From an uncultured Gammaproteobacteria bacterium (GTDB lineage Bacteria; Patescibacteriota; Patescibacteriia; Patescibacteriales; UBA12465): a stretch of 59,609 bases of DNA. Below the pieces are notes generated by a model. It made no database searches. It was not told where the DNA came from and saw nothing but the letters and a program-made list of their open reading frames with translations. Below are positions 18,161 through 26,633 of the stretch, in pieces. The stretch's first letter is position 1. The number at the start of each line of letters is the position of its first letter. Location: positions 1 to 59,609 of the forward strand of contig CAZSRC010000001.1 of NCBI GenBank assembly GCA_964609365.1. Direction: 5' to 3'. A program made the position numbers and the translations under genes.

Positions 18161-19264
18161 TTAAAGAGCTTTATATAGCTTAACAGTTTCTTTTATTATA
18201 TTATCCCAATTATATTCAGATAATATTTTATTATACACCATTTTTAAATTTTTGTCAAGGCCTTCTCTGTTTTCATTATTTAAGAAGCTTGTTATTTTAT
18301 TCTTTAAATCTTCTACATTTTTATTTTCAAAGCTAAAAGAATCTTCCCCCATAACCTCAAGATTTGCCTCTATATTACTTATAAGTATGGCTAATTGGTA
18401 TGAAGCAGCTTCTAGTAGTGATATAGAAAGACCTTCTGCCTCAGATGGTTGTACAAATAAAGCAGCATTTGAATATAATTCATTTAAAGTTGATCCACTT
18501 TGTCTTCCTGTGAATATTATATTTTCTTTATTATCAGCTAATAATTCTAACTCTTCCTTAAAGTTTCCATCACCAACTATAACTAATTTTTTATTAGTAT
18601 TTAAATTTTTGAAAACTTCTACTAAATATTCTAATCCTTTATTTTTTACTATTCTTGAAACAGATAAAACATAAGAGTCTTTTTTTAGATTCCATTTTTC
18701 TTTTATTAATTTAGCATCTTCTTTTTTAGGTAGGCTAACACCGTTAGGTATATAGTTAACCTTTCTTTGGTATTTATTTTCTACATAATTTTTTAAACTT
18801 TTTGAAACAACTATAACCTCATCAGCTAGTAGGCAGCCAACTCTTTCTCCGAATGATAAGTATATTTTGGCTAATTTGCCCCATTTAGTATTGTAGTAGC
18901 ATTGACTATGAAAAGTAAAAACTATTTTTGTTTTTGGGCGAAATAATTTTACTAACCATATCAATGAAGCTGGTCCTATTGAGTGAAAATGTAATACATC
19001 AGCTTTTCTTCTTTTGAATACAAAATCTAAACAAGCTAAAAAAGTATGACTTATAGCATCCAAATGATTAGTATTTATACTTGGAAGTGATATTAGTTTT
19101 ATTCCTTTGTATGATTTTAGGGTTTTTTCTGTATAATTTCTTCTTGTGTAAGCAAAAACATCATGGCCAAGTTCCACTAATTTAGCAGCTAAATTATCAA
19201 CGTGTGTTTCCACTCCGCCTCCAACAGCTGGTATTCCTTTTTGTCCTATTATGTATATTTTCAT
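18161..19264 (-). CDS. Family 4 (GT-B) glycosyltransferase
   Basis: N-terminal 'IPAVGGGVETHV' and C-terminal 'FVQPSEAEGLSISLLEAASYQLAIL' (E-x7-E motif). Confidence 0.85.
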   Translation of the reverse strand: MKIYIIGQKGIPAVGGGVETHVDNLAAKLVELGHDVFAYTRRNYTEKTLKSYKGIKLISLPSINTNHLDAISHTFLACLDFVFKRRKADVLHFHSIGPASLIWLVKLFRPKTKIVFTFHSQCYYNTKWGKLAKIYLSFGERVGCLLADEVIVVSKSLKNYVENKYQRKVNYIPNGVSLPKKEDAKLIKEKWNLKKDSYVLSVSRIVKNKGLEYLVEVFKNLNTNKKLVIVGDGNFKEELELLADNKENIIFTGRQSGSTLNELYSNAALFVQPSEAEGLSISLLEAASYQLAILISNIEANLEVMGEDSFSFENKNVEDLKNKITSFLNNENREGLDKNLKMVYNKILSEYNWDNIIKETVKLYKAL

Positions 19265-19284
19265 ATGTTTAATTTAATAATTAT

Positions 19285-19313
19285 ATTATATCATATTTTT
19301 TATAATATGTCAA
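19285..19313 (-). promoter_or_regulatory. Consensus promoter of the GT4 gene (TTGACA-N17-TATAAT)
   Basis: Minus-strand TTGACA at 19313-19308, 17-nt spacer, TATAAT at 19290-19285. Confidence 0.55.
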
Positions 19314-19381
19314 TATATTCAATTAAAAAATCAAAAAAAGACCCAAAAAAGGATCTTTTTTAAAATATTTACATTATATCT

Positions 19382-20353
19382 TTATAACCATTTTTTCTTT
19401 CTAAAGAATATTATCATAATTATTGCTAAAAATAGCATTACAGAGCTTATGAGTAAAAAATCACTCAAACCAGATATTGTTTTAAGGGGGTTTGGCTCTA
19501 TATTCATACCAAGCATGGAGGCAATTAAATTTAGGGGCATTAAAACAACCGAGACAACTGTTAGGGTTTTCATGATGTTATTTATTTTATAACTCATAAT
19601 TGACTCACTGGTATCATGAAGTGATTCAATTATTTCTTTTTGTATCTCTGAAAACTCCCAAATTCTTTGACTATGTTCTGCTAAATTTTCATAGTAAGTT
19701 ATTATTTGATTTTGGGGAACTAAACTGCTTTTCATTTCAGTTAGTTTTTTCATTATATTTTTATGATTTTGAATTATTCTTCTGATATTAATAATATTCC
19801 TTTTTAGTGTTAGAAGTTGAGAGGTAATTATTTTTTGTTTTTCTGCAAAAATGTTTTGCTCAACTTCATTTATTTCAATATTATTTTTATCTAAAAGTAA
19901 GTAAGAGTCTTGAATAAGTTTTTCTAATATTTCATATAGAAGTATTGCCGATGATTCTAAGTTGTATGATTCTAGAAATATAGAATCTTGAACACAATAC
20001 TCAAAAAAATTATTTAAGGCTTTGGTTTTTCCATCATGAAGAGTTATTAAAAATCCGTGACCAACAAAAAATTCTATCTCTCCGGGGATTATTCTATTAT
20101 TTTCTAAAACAGGGAAGTGTAATATTACAAAAAGATAATCTTTTCCCTGGTAAATCATTGGTCTTTGGGCTGATATTATTTTTAGTGATGCCTTAAGGTG
20201 TTTATCTTCAAAAGCAAAATTTTTTTTTAAAAAATTTATTTCTTTTTTTTCTGGGTTTAAAATATTATACCATTTAACTTTTTTAGCATCTCTAGGGTTG
20301 TCAATTATAACTGATTTTATTTTTTTTGATATTTGTTCAAAATTATTTTCCAT
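19382..20353 (-). CDS. corA: CorA family magnesium/cobalt transporter
   Basis: C-terminal 'MLGMNIEP' (GMN motif) between two TMs. Start moved to the ATG at 20353 (MENNFEQ) because the track's upstream extension runs through a terminator hairpin. Confidence 0.85.
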   Translation of the reverse strand: MENNFEQISKKIKSVIIDNPRDAKKVKWYNILNPEKKEINFLKKNFAFEDKHLKASLKIISAQRPMIYQGKDYLFVILHFPVLENNRIIPGEIEFFVGHGFLITLHDGKTKALNNFFEYCVQDSIFLESYNLESSAILLYEILEKLIQDSYLLLDKNNIEINEVEQNIFAEKQKIITSQLLTLKRNIINIRRIIQNHKNIMKKLTEMKSSLVPQNQIITYYENLAEHSQRIWEFSEIQKEIIESLHDTSESIMSYKINNIMKTLTVVSVVLMPLNLIASMLGMNIEPNPLKTISGLSDFLLISSVMLFLAIIMIIFFRKKKWL

Positions 20354-20423
20354 AAAATTTTTATAAATTTTGTATATTAAAATTTTATCAAATTTTAAGA
20401 ACTTAGTCCAATTTTTTAAAATT

Positions 20424-20448
20424 AAAAAGCCCACCTTAAGATGGGCTT
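20424..20448 (-). terminator. Terminator of the upstream lipoprotein gene
   Basis: Hairpin agccca..tgggct with a TTAA loop, followed by a T-run on the minus strand. Confidence 0.5.
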
Positions 20449-20519
20449 TATTCTTTATTTTCCTAAGAAAAAAAAGAATTGCATTTATTTTTATGAAACA
20501 GGTACTCTATACAGGCACT

Positions 20520-21665
20520 TTATAAGTGAAGTCTTAAAGCATTTGATGCTGGATGATAGGTTCCTGATAAGGTAACCATCGGGTCTCTTACAAAATTTGC
20601 TCCAATACCTACTCCGTAGTCAAATAGATAATATCCATTTACCGGATTATTGGGCAGTGATACATTAAAATATCCGCCTCCAACATTTGTTGCTAAAAGC
20701 TCTGTCCATATTGGATTGGTTTCATCTGTTTTGTATCTGAAAATTATTTCAGGGCTACTAGATGAAAGCATCCAAATATTTAGTGTTCCAGAACTCGGAT
20801 TAACATGAGTTAGTATTACAGGAATATTTGCACTGTAATCTGCTGAGCCGGGAGATGGTCCACTTAATGCAGGCATAGTCTCATTACCAGGAATAACAAT
20901 TCCGTTACGAAAATTAGCATGAAAAATATTATTTTGAAGAGGTGGAGCATCTTGGCATTTGTAAGGGTTTAATGGATTAGCGTCAAACCAAACTGGCACA
21001 ACTCCTTGAACTTTTCCTGCAATAAACTTGTATCCAACCGCTAATGATCCAGATGGAGGAACGGAGATAATTATATCAATAGAGTCTCCATTAATATTGA
21101 CGCTATTGTATATAGGATCATAACTAGCGCCAGTATTTGATGCTAACTCAGTGATTCTAAATAGCACATCTCCCGGCATTACAAAGGTTGGTTTATTCAT
21201 GCGAAATCTGTAATGAAAATTATTGCTAGAAAAAGTTGACTCTACAAATCTTACCCAAACCTGGGAATCTGCTGGATTTCCACCAACAATAATTGTAACA
21301 TTCCAGTTAACCCCAAAGCTACTTATATTTAATACATAAGTTCCAGTATAGTCAAATCTAAAAGAAATTTGATCCATACTAGTCCATGTTTGACCTTGGG
21401 GCCCACTGATAGACCAGTTTACCAAGCTTAATGGTTCTGTCCAAAAAAGAACGGTTAACTGAGAGTCGGGAAGGAAAATAACTTGACCATTGTTTACAGC
21501 GGCTTTATTTAAATTGCCGTTAGAACCATTATTGCCCACAGACATGAATACTCTGTAGGTATTTTCTTTCGGTGGTTCTTTTATTAAGTCTTTCTTACAG
21601 GAAATAAATATCAAGCTTAAGCTTGAAATTACTAAAATTACTAAAATTCTAACTTGTTTTTTCAT
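20520..21665 (-). CDS. Lipoprotein, function unknown (compositionally atypical, beta-rich)
   Basis: MKKQVRILVILVISSLSLIFISCKKD has a lipobox. N/G/S/P/V-rich 381-aa protein. Visibly higher GC than the surrounding genes. Confidence 0.7.
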   Translation of the reverse strand: MKKQVRILVILVISSLSLIFISCKKDLIKEPPKENTYRVFMSVGNNGSNGNLNKAAVNNGQVIFLPDSQLTVLFWTEPLSLVNWSISGPQGQTWTSMDQISFRFDYTGTYVLNISSFGVNWNVTIIVGGNPADSQVWVRFVESTFSSNNFHYRFRMNKPTFVMPGDVLFRITELASNTGASYDPIYNSVNINGDSIDIIISVPPSGSLAVGYKFIAGKVQGVVPVWFDANPLNPYKCQDAPPLQNNIFHANFRNGIVIPGNETMPALSGPSPGSADYSANIPVILTHVNPSSGTLNIWMLSSSSPEIIFRYKTDETNPIWTELLATNVGGGYFNVSLPNNPVNGYYLFDYGVGIGANFVRDPMVTLSGTYHPASNALRLHL

Positions 21666-21847
21666 CTTTTACTGATTTTGTTTATAATTTGTTTCATTTG
21701 TTTAAAGAACGAATTTGCAAGTTTAGATTAATATAAAAAAAACTTTTTGTCAATAGTTTTTTTGATAATTATATTTTTTTGATATTTACTAAAGTCTTTA
21801 TATATTATATAATAACAAAGACTTATTTAATATAAATTAAATTTTGT

Positions 21848-23164
21848 ATGTTTAATATCTTGGGTGTTGATATTGATAACGATTTGAGTAAAATTGAACT
21901 AATCAATAAAATTAATAATTTTTTAGATTCAGATAAGGTTAATTATATAGTAACTCCAAATCCGGAGATTATTCTAAGAGCTCAAAAAGATGAGGAGCTC
22001 TTTTATATTTTAAATAAGGCCGATTTATCTTTGGCTGATGGTTTTGGTTTAAAAATAGCAGCCTTTTTGTCCGGAAAAAAATTAAACAGGTTTACTGGCG
22101 CTGATACAATAATAGATATTTTAAAAATTGCTGAAAATAGAAATAAAAAAGTTTTAATTATTAATAATAAAAGTGGTCTATCATCCTCCTCTGAAATCTC
22201 TATAGCTCTTGAAAAAGCTTTTCCTAATTTGCAATTTTTAGTTGAGGATCATGATATTTTTTATAACCTTGATAATCAAAAAAAAGATTTTATTAATCTC
22301 AAATTTAAAAGAAATAACTTATTTACCAAAATTTTTAAAAAAATTGAAAAAAATATAAATAAAAAATTAGAGTTTTTAAATACCAGTGTTTTAGATTTTG
22401 AAGCGGATATTTTAATTTGTAACTTCGGAGCTCCTTATCAAGAAAAGTTTATTAAACATAATATGGAAAAAATTCCATCACTTAGACTTGCTATAGGGAT
22501 TGGCGGGGCCTTGGATTTTTTGAGTGGAAAAGTCAAAAGAGCACCTAAATTTATGCGTTTCTTAGGTTTAGAGTGGTTATGGCGCTTGCTTACTCAGCCT
22601 TGGAGATATAAAAGAATTTATCAAGCGATTGTTGTTTTTCCTTGTAAATTTTTTTATTGGAAATTTTTATCACCATTGTTTTATAGAAAAAATGTTATCT
22701 GTATTTTATATAGAAAAAAAGAAATACCTTATATCGCTTTAGAAAATAAAAATAGAAATCCTTTGGACCACTATCAAATTCTTTTAGTTGAGAGATCTGA
22801 GGAAAAAGGTCATTGGCAATTACCACAAGGAGGCTTGGATAATCAAGCAATTAAAATTGCTGGAAGTAGGGAATTGTATGAGGAGTTAGGTATAAGCAAT
22901 TTTGTTCCTAAGAAGATATTTAAAAATATTTTCAAATATAAAAGTAATAGAAAAGGGCGCTATGGTTTCAAAGGTCAAAAACAAAGCCTACTTCTAGCTG
23001 AATTTAAAGGTTCCGATGCTGATATAAAAATAAATTATTGGGATCATTCAGACTGGAAATGGGTTAAGGCCACTGATTTAGTATTCGAGGTTCATTTATT
23101 AAGAAAAAAAGGAGCTGAGATTTTTTATAAAAAATTTGAAGAGTATATTTTAGGAAAAAAATAA
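21848..23164 (+). CDS. Fusion protein: WecG/TagA/CpsF-family (GT26) glycosyltransferase + C-terminal Nudix hydrolase
   Basis: The N-terminal part has 'NYIVTPNPEI', 'LSLADGFGL', 'GAPYQEKFI' and 'GIGGALDFLSGKVKRAP.FMR..GLEWLWRL..P.R' (TagA/WecG). The C-terminal part has the Nudix box 'GGLDNQAIKIAGSRELYEELGI'. The reading frame is uninterrupted. Confidence 0.75.
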   Translation: MFNILGVDIDNDLSKIELINKINNFLDSDKVNYIVTPNPEIILRAQKDEELFYILNKADLSLADGFGLKIAAFLSGKKLNRFTGADTIIDILKIAENRNKKVLIINNKSGLSSSSEISIALEKAFPNLQFLVEDHDIFYNLDNQKKDFINLKFKRNNLFTKIFKKIEKNINKKLEFLNTSVLDFEADILICNFGAPYQEKFIKHNMEKIPSLRLAIGIGGALDFLSGKVKRAPKFMRFLGLEWLWRLLTQPWRYKRIYQAIVVFPCKFFYWKFLSPLFYRKNVICILYRKKEIPYIALENKNRNPLDHYQILLVERSEEKGHWQLPQGGLDNQAIKIAGSRELYEELGISNFVPKKIFKNIFKYKSNRKGRYGFKGQKQSLLLAEFKGSDADIKINYWDHSDWKWVKATDLVFEVHLLRKKGAEIFYKKFEEYILGKK

Positions 23165-23182
23165 AATTAATTTATATAAATT

Positions 23183-24646
23183 ATGAATGAAAATATAAGA
23201 TTAAGATTTGCACCATCTCCAACTGGTTTTTTGCATATTGGTAATTTACGCACAGCATTGTTTGCTTATTTATTATCAAAAAATTTAAATGGTTCTTTTA
23301 TTTTAAGAATCGAAGATACTGACCAAAAAAGGGAGGTAGATGGAGCTGTTGATAGTCTAATTAGTATTTTAGATTGGATTGGTGTTAAATTTGATGAAGG
23401 GCCTCATCTAGGAGGAGAATTTGCTCCATATATTCAAAGTCAAAGATTGGATATTTATCAGAAGTATATACAAGAATTAATTGAAAAAGATGGCGCTTAT
23501 CATTGTTTTTGTAGCAGTGAAAGACTGGAGGAGATGAGAGATGAGCAACAAAAAAACAAACAAGCTCCGAAATATGATGGAAAATGTAGACATTTAAAAA
23601 AAGAAGAGGTCGAGAAAAAAATAAAAGATGGAGAATCTTTTGTCATTAGGCAAAAAATTCCACAAAGTTGTTGTATTGAGGTTTTTGATGAGCTTAGGGG
23701 AAAGATTATTTTTAAGTCAGCAGATTTAGATGATCATGTTTTAATAAAGTCAAATGGTATTCCAACTTATCAATTTGCTAATATAGTAGATGATCATCTA
23801 ATGAAAATTAGTCACGTTACTAGGGGTGATGAATGGTTAGCTAGTTTTCCAAAAAATGCTCTACTTTATAAAGCATTTAATTGGAATATGCCAAAGTTTA
23901 TTCACTTACCTTTGATTTTAAATAAGGGAGGTGGAAAACTTAGCAAAAGACAGGGTGATGTTTTTGTTGAGGATTATAGGAATAATGGATACTTACCCGA
24001 GGCTATTATTAATTTTTGCGCCCTACTTGGTTGGCATCCAAAAGATGATCAAGAAATTTTATCTTTAAAAGAAATTATAGAAAAATTTTCAATAGATTCT
24101 ATGGGCGTATCTCCAGCCATCTTTGATTTAGAAAAACTAGACTATTTAAATGGTTTTTATATTAGAAAAAAAGAATTGCAAGAGCTAACAAATTCTTGTC
24201 TTTTTTATTTAAAAAAGGACTCCCTGATAGATGATAATACTGATATTGGTTATATTTCCAAGGTTGTAAAGATTAGCCAAGAGAGATTAAAAAAAATTTC
24301 TGATATATCAATTTTATCATCTTTCTTTTTTAAGGATGATTTAGATTATGATATTAATTTATTACTTTGGAAGGATTTAAAAATAGAAAATATAAAAAAT
24401 AATCTAGAAGAGTTATATTTATTATTGAAAAAAATTAATGAAAATGATTGGAATAAAGAAGGTTTGGAGAATATTATTTTTTCTTATTTAAAAAATAATA
24501 ATAAAAAAAATGGTGATTATTTATGGCCAATGAGAGTTTCTTTAAGTGGAGAAAAGAATAGCCCTGGCCCAACAGAGATTGCCGATATTTATGGCAAGGA
24601 AAAAACTTTAGATAAAATAAAAAAAGCATTAAATAAAATTAAATGA
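23183..24646 (+). CDS. gltX: Glutamyl-tRNA synthetase
   Basis: RLRFAPSPTGFLHIGNLRTAL (HIGH region), 'KLSKRQG' (KMSKS region). Ends in TGA overlapping the next start. Confidence 0.95.
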   Translation: MNENIRLRFAPSPTGFLHIGNLRTALFAYLLSKNLNGSFILRIEDTDQKREVDGAVDSLISILDWIGVKFDEGPHLGGEFAPYIQSQRLDIYQKYIQELIEKDGAYHCFCSSERLEEMRDEQQKNKQAPKYDGKCRHLKKEEVEKKIKDGESFVIRQKIPQSCCIEVFDELRGKIIFKSADLDDHVLIKSNGIPTYQFANIVDDHLMKISHVTRGDEWLASFPKNALLYKAFNWNMPKFIHLPLILNKGGGKLSKRQGDVFVEDYRNNGYLPEAIINFCALLGWHPKDDQEILSLKEIIEKFSIDSMGVSPAIFDLEKLDYLNGFYIRKKELQELTNSCLFYLKKDSLIDDNTDIGYISKVVKISQERLKKISDISILSSFFFKDDLDYDINLLLWKDLKIENIKNNLEELYLLLKKINENDWNKEGLENIIFSYLKNNNKKNGDYLWPMRVSLSGEKNSPGPTEIADIYGKEKTLDKIKKALNKIK

Positions 24647-25215
24647 AAAAAATTAAATCAGCAGAATTTATAAAAGGAATAGTCGGCCCAGATAAAGTGT
24701 TACAGGATACAAGAAAAAAAATAGCCTTTATTGGTAGATCCAATGTTGGTAAGTCTAGTATTATAAATTTTATTACTGAGCAAAAAAAATTAGCAAAAAT
24801 TAGTTCAACACCAGGAAGAACTAGGGAGGTAAATCTTTTTTTAATAAATGAATCTTTTTATTTAATTGATCTACCTGGGTATGGTTACGCTAAACTTCCC
24901 GAGACTATGAGAATGGAAATAAGAGAATTAATAAATTGGTTTTTATTTACTACAGATTTTCAATTAGATAAGATTTTTTTAATAATAGATGCAAAAGTTG
25001 GTCCAACTAAGGATGACTTAGAGATACTAGAAGCACTAGAGTCATATAAAAAAAATGTGTTTATAATTGTTAATAAAATAGATAAACTCAAAAGTTCGCA
25101 AAAGGGTAATCAGGTCAGCAAAATAAAAGAAATGGTAGGAGATCATCCTATTATTCTTTGTTCGGCAAAAAATAATATAGGAATAGATGAGTTATTTAAT
25201 AAAATTTTAGATTAA
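24643..25215 (+). CDS. engB: Ribosome biogenesis GTPase YihA/YsxC (EngB)
   Basis: 'IAFIGRSNVGKSSIIN' (G1), 'DLPGYGYAK' (G3), 'NKIDKL' (G4). ATGA overlap with gltX. Confidence 0.9.
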   Translation: MKKIKSAEFIKGIVGPDKVLQDTRKKIAFIGRSNVGKSSIINFITEQKKLAKISSTPGRTREVNLFLINESFYLIDLPGYGYAKLPETMRMEIRELINWFLFTTDFQLDKIFLIIDAKVGPTKDDLEILEALESYKKNVFIIVNKIDKLKSSQKGNQVSKIKEMVGDHPIILCSAKNNIGIDELFNKILD

Positions 25216-25223
25216 TTTTAAAA

Positions 25224-26126
25224 ATGAGAAAGAAGAAAATTTTTAAACTAATATTTATTATTGTTACCGCCTATTTATTTGTTTTTTTGGCAATCATGAT
25301 CTACTCGTTTGTATTTCCTAAAAAAAGTCTAGGTACTACTAATATTAGAATGCCCATACAGAAAAAAATAATGAAATCACTTGGTGATCAAACAATTGAT
25401 AATAATTATTTTTTTTCTTATATCACAAGGGAATATGAAATAATTGATAAAAAAAATAATATATCCATGGATGACTTATCTTTTGTTATAAAGGATTTAA
25501 ATCCGGGAGATATTTTTTTTACAAATAGCGGAAAATATTTAAGTAGTTTTTTTATTCCAGGAAAATGGAAACATGCTGCTATTTATCTCGGAAGTAAAAA
25601 TCAATTATTGGAATTTTTTGGAGAAAAATCTGAGATATATAAATCATTTTCTGTTTATTATTCTAATCCTGATGATATTTTATTACTTGATAGTAGTTCC
25701 GAGGGGGTTAAAATTAGGAGAATAACCGATATATCTAATTTATCCTCTACCTCTTATTTAAAATCAATCAGCTTTTTTAGAATTAATAAACAAAAAACGG
25801 ATATAGAAATATTTTTAAAAAAAGCATATGAGCAAGTTGGCAAAGACTATGATTATGATATTGATACAGAGGATGAGACTTATATATATTGTTCGGAGTT
25901 GATTTATCATTCATTAAAATCTATTAACCTTATAATAGAAAAAGAAGGTCCATTTTTAAGCAGGGATTTAATTAGTCCCAATGATGCCCTGTATTACATA
26001 CTTAAAGAAAGTATCGATAATAATAATTTTATTTTTATTTTATTTTTAGAGAAAAAAAATGGAGAACTTCAGAAGCTCTCCAAACAAGATTTAATAAGTG
26101 AGTTTTTTCAAATTAAGCTTTTTTAA
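25224..26126 (+). CDS. Membrane-anchored YiiX/YaeF-like permuted NlpC/P60 (C92-type) putative amidase
   Basis: N-terminal TM. 'PGDIFFTNS..........WKHAAIYLG' followed by 'IYCSELIYHS', which is the His-then-Cys order of permuted papain-fold enzymes. Weak, motif-level only. Confidence 0.45.
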   Translation: MRKKKIFKLIFIIVTAYLFVFLAIMIYSFVFPKKSLGTTNIRMPIQKKIMKSLGDQTIDNNYFFSYITREYEIIDKKNNISMDDLSFVIKDLNPGDIFFTNSGKYLSSFFIPGKWKHAAIYLGSKNQLLEFFGEKSEIYKSFSVYYSNPDDILLLDSSSEGVKIRRITDISNLSSTSYLKSISFFRINKQKTDIEIFLKKAYEQVGKDYDYDIDTEDETYIYCSELIYHSLKSINLIIEKEGPFLSRDLISPNDALYYILKESIDNNNFIFILFLEKKNGELQKLSKQDLISEFFQIKLF

Positions 26127-26463
26127 ATCTAACACTAAATATTGGTTCATATCTATTATTGTATTCATCACTTATTTCCAGGGCCTCTCCTTTTAAAATA
26201 CTAGTCAATGCTGCTTGATTTAAAATTTCTTTATCAGACTCAATATCGCTTTTAATGGAATAAAGTTTTTCTATCTCTGATTTTAGCTCATCTTTTAATC
26301 TTTCTTCTATTTTCTTTTTTTCAATTTTAATTGATTCAAATTTCTCTAAAATTAATTGATATTCCTGAGAGTTATTTTGAACATCTCTGTATATTTGTTT
26401 AATTGTTTTTTGTTCTTTTTGTTTTTCTTTTATTTTGTTAAAAATTTCTTGAATATTTTTCAT
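26113..26463 (-). CDS. Hypothetical coiled-coil protein
   Basis: 116-aa E/K-rich ORF. Convergent with the preceding gene and overlapping it by 14 nt. No domain recognised. Confidence 0.4.
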   Translation of the reverse strand: MKNIQEIFNKIKEKQKEQKTIKQIYRDVQNNSQEYQLILEKFESIKIEKKKIEERLKDELKSEIEKLYSIKSDIESDKEILNQAALTSILKGEALEISDEYNNRYEPIFSVRFKKA

Positions 26464-26633
26464 ATTTTTTTTAAAAAAAATTATTAAATAATAACATTAA
26501 TATACACTAAAAAATTTAATAAGTAAAATAGCTAACAGCTTGACTTTTAGCTTTTTTTATTATAAATAGATATGAGGACTTTTTAGTCCTTTCAGATCTT
26601 TAACAAATGAAATATTAACCAAAAAAAATAAAA

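Noticed and set aside
20354-20434. N-terminal extensions proposed by the ORF track for corA (to 20434), rplK (to 9701), the 15469 gene (to 15792) and the 569 TTG start.
   Set aside because: The corA extension runs through the upstream terminator hairpin. The rplK, 15469 and 620 genes have better-placed ATGs matching family N-termini, an SD or signal peptides.
26575-26600. Hairpin aggact-tttt-agtcct in the hppA 5' leader as a possible riboswitch.
   Set aside because: A single 6-bp stem with no further conserved structure and no recognisable riboswitch core. It is too little to support a call.
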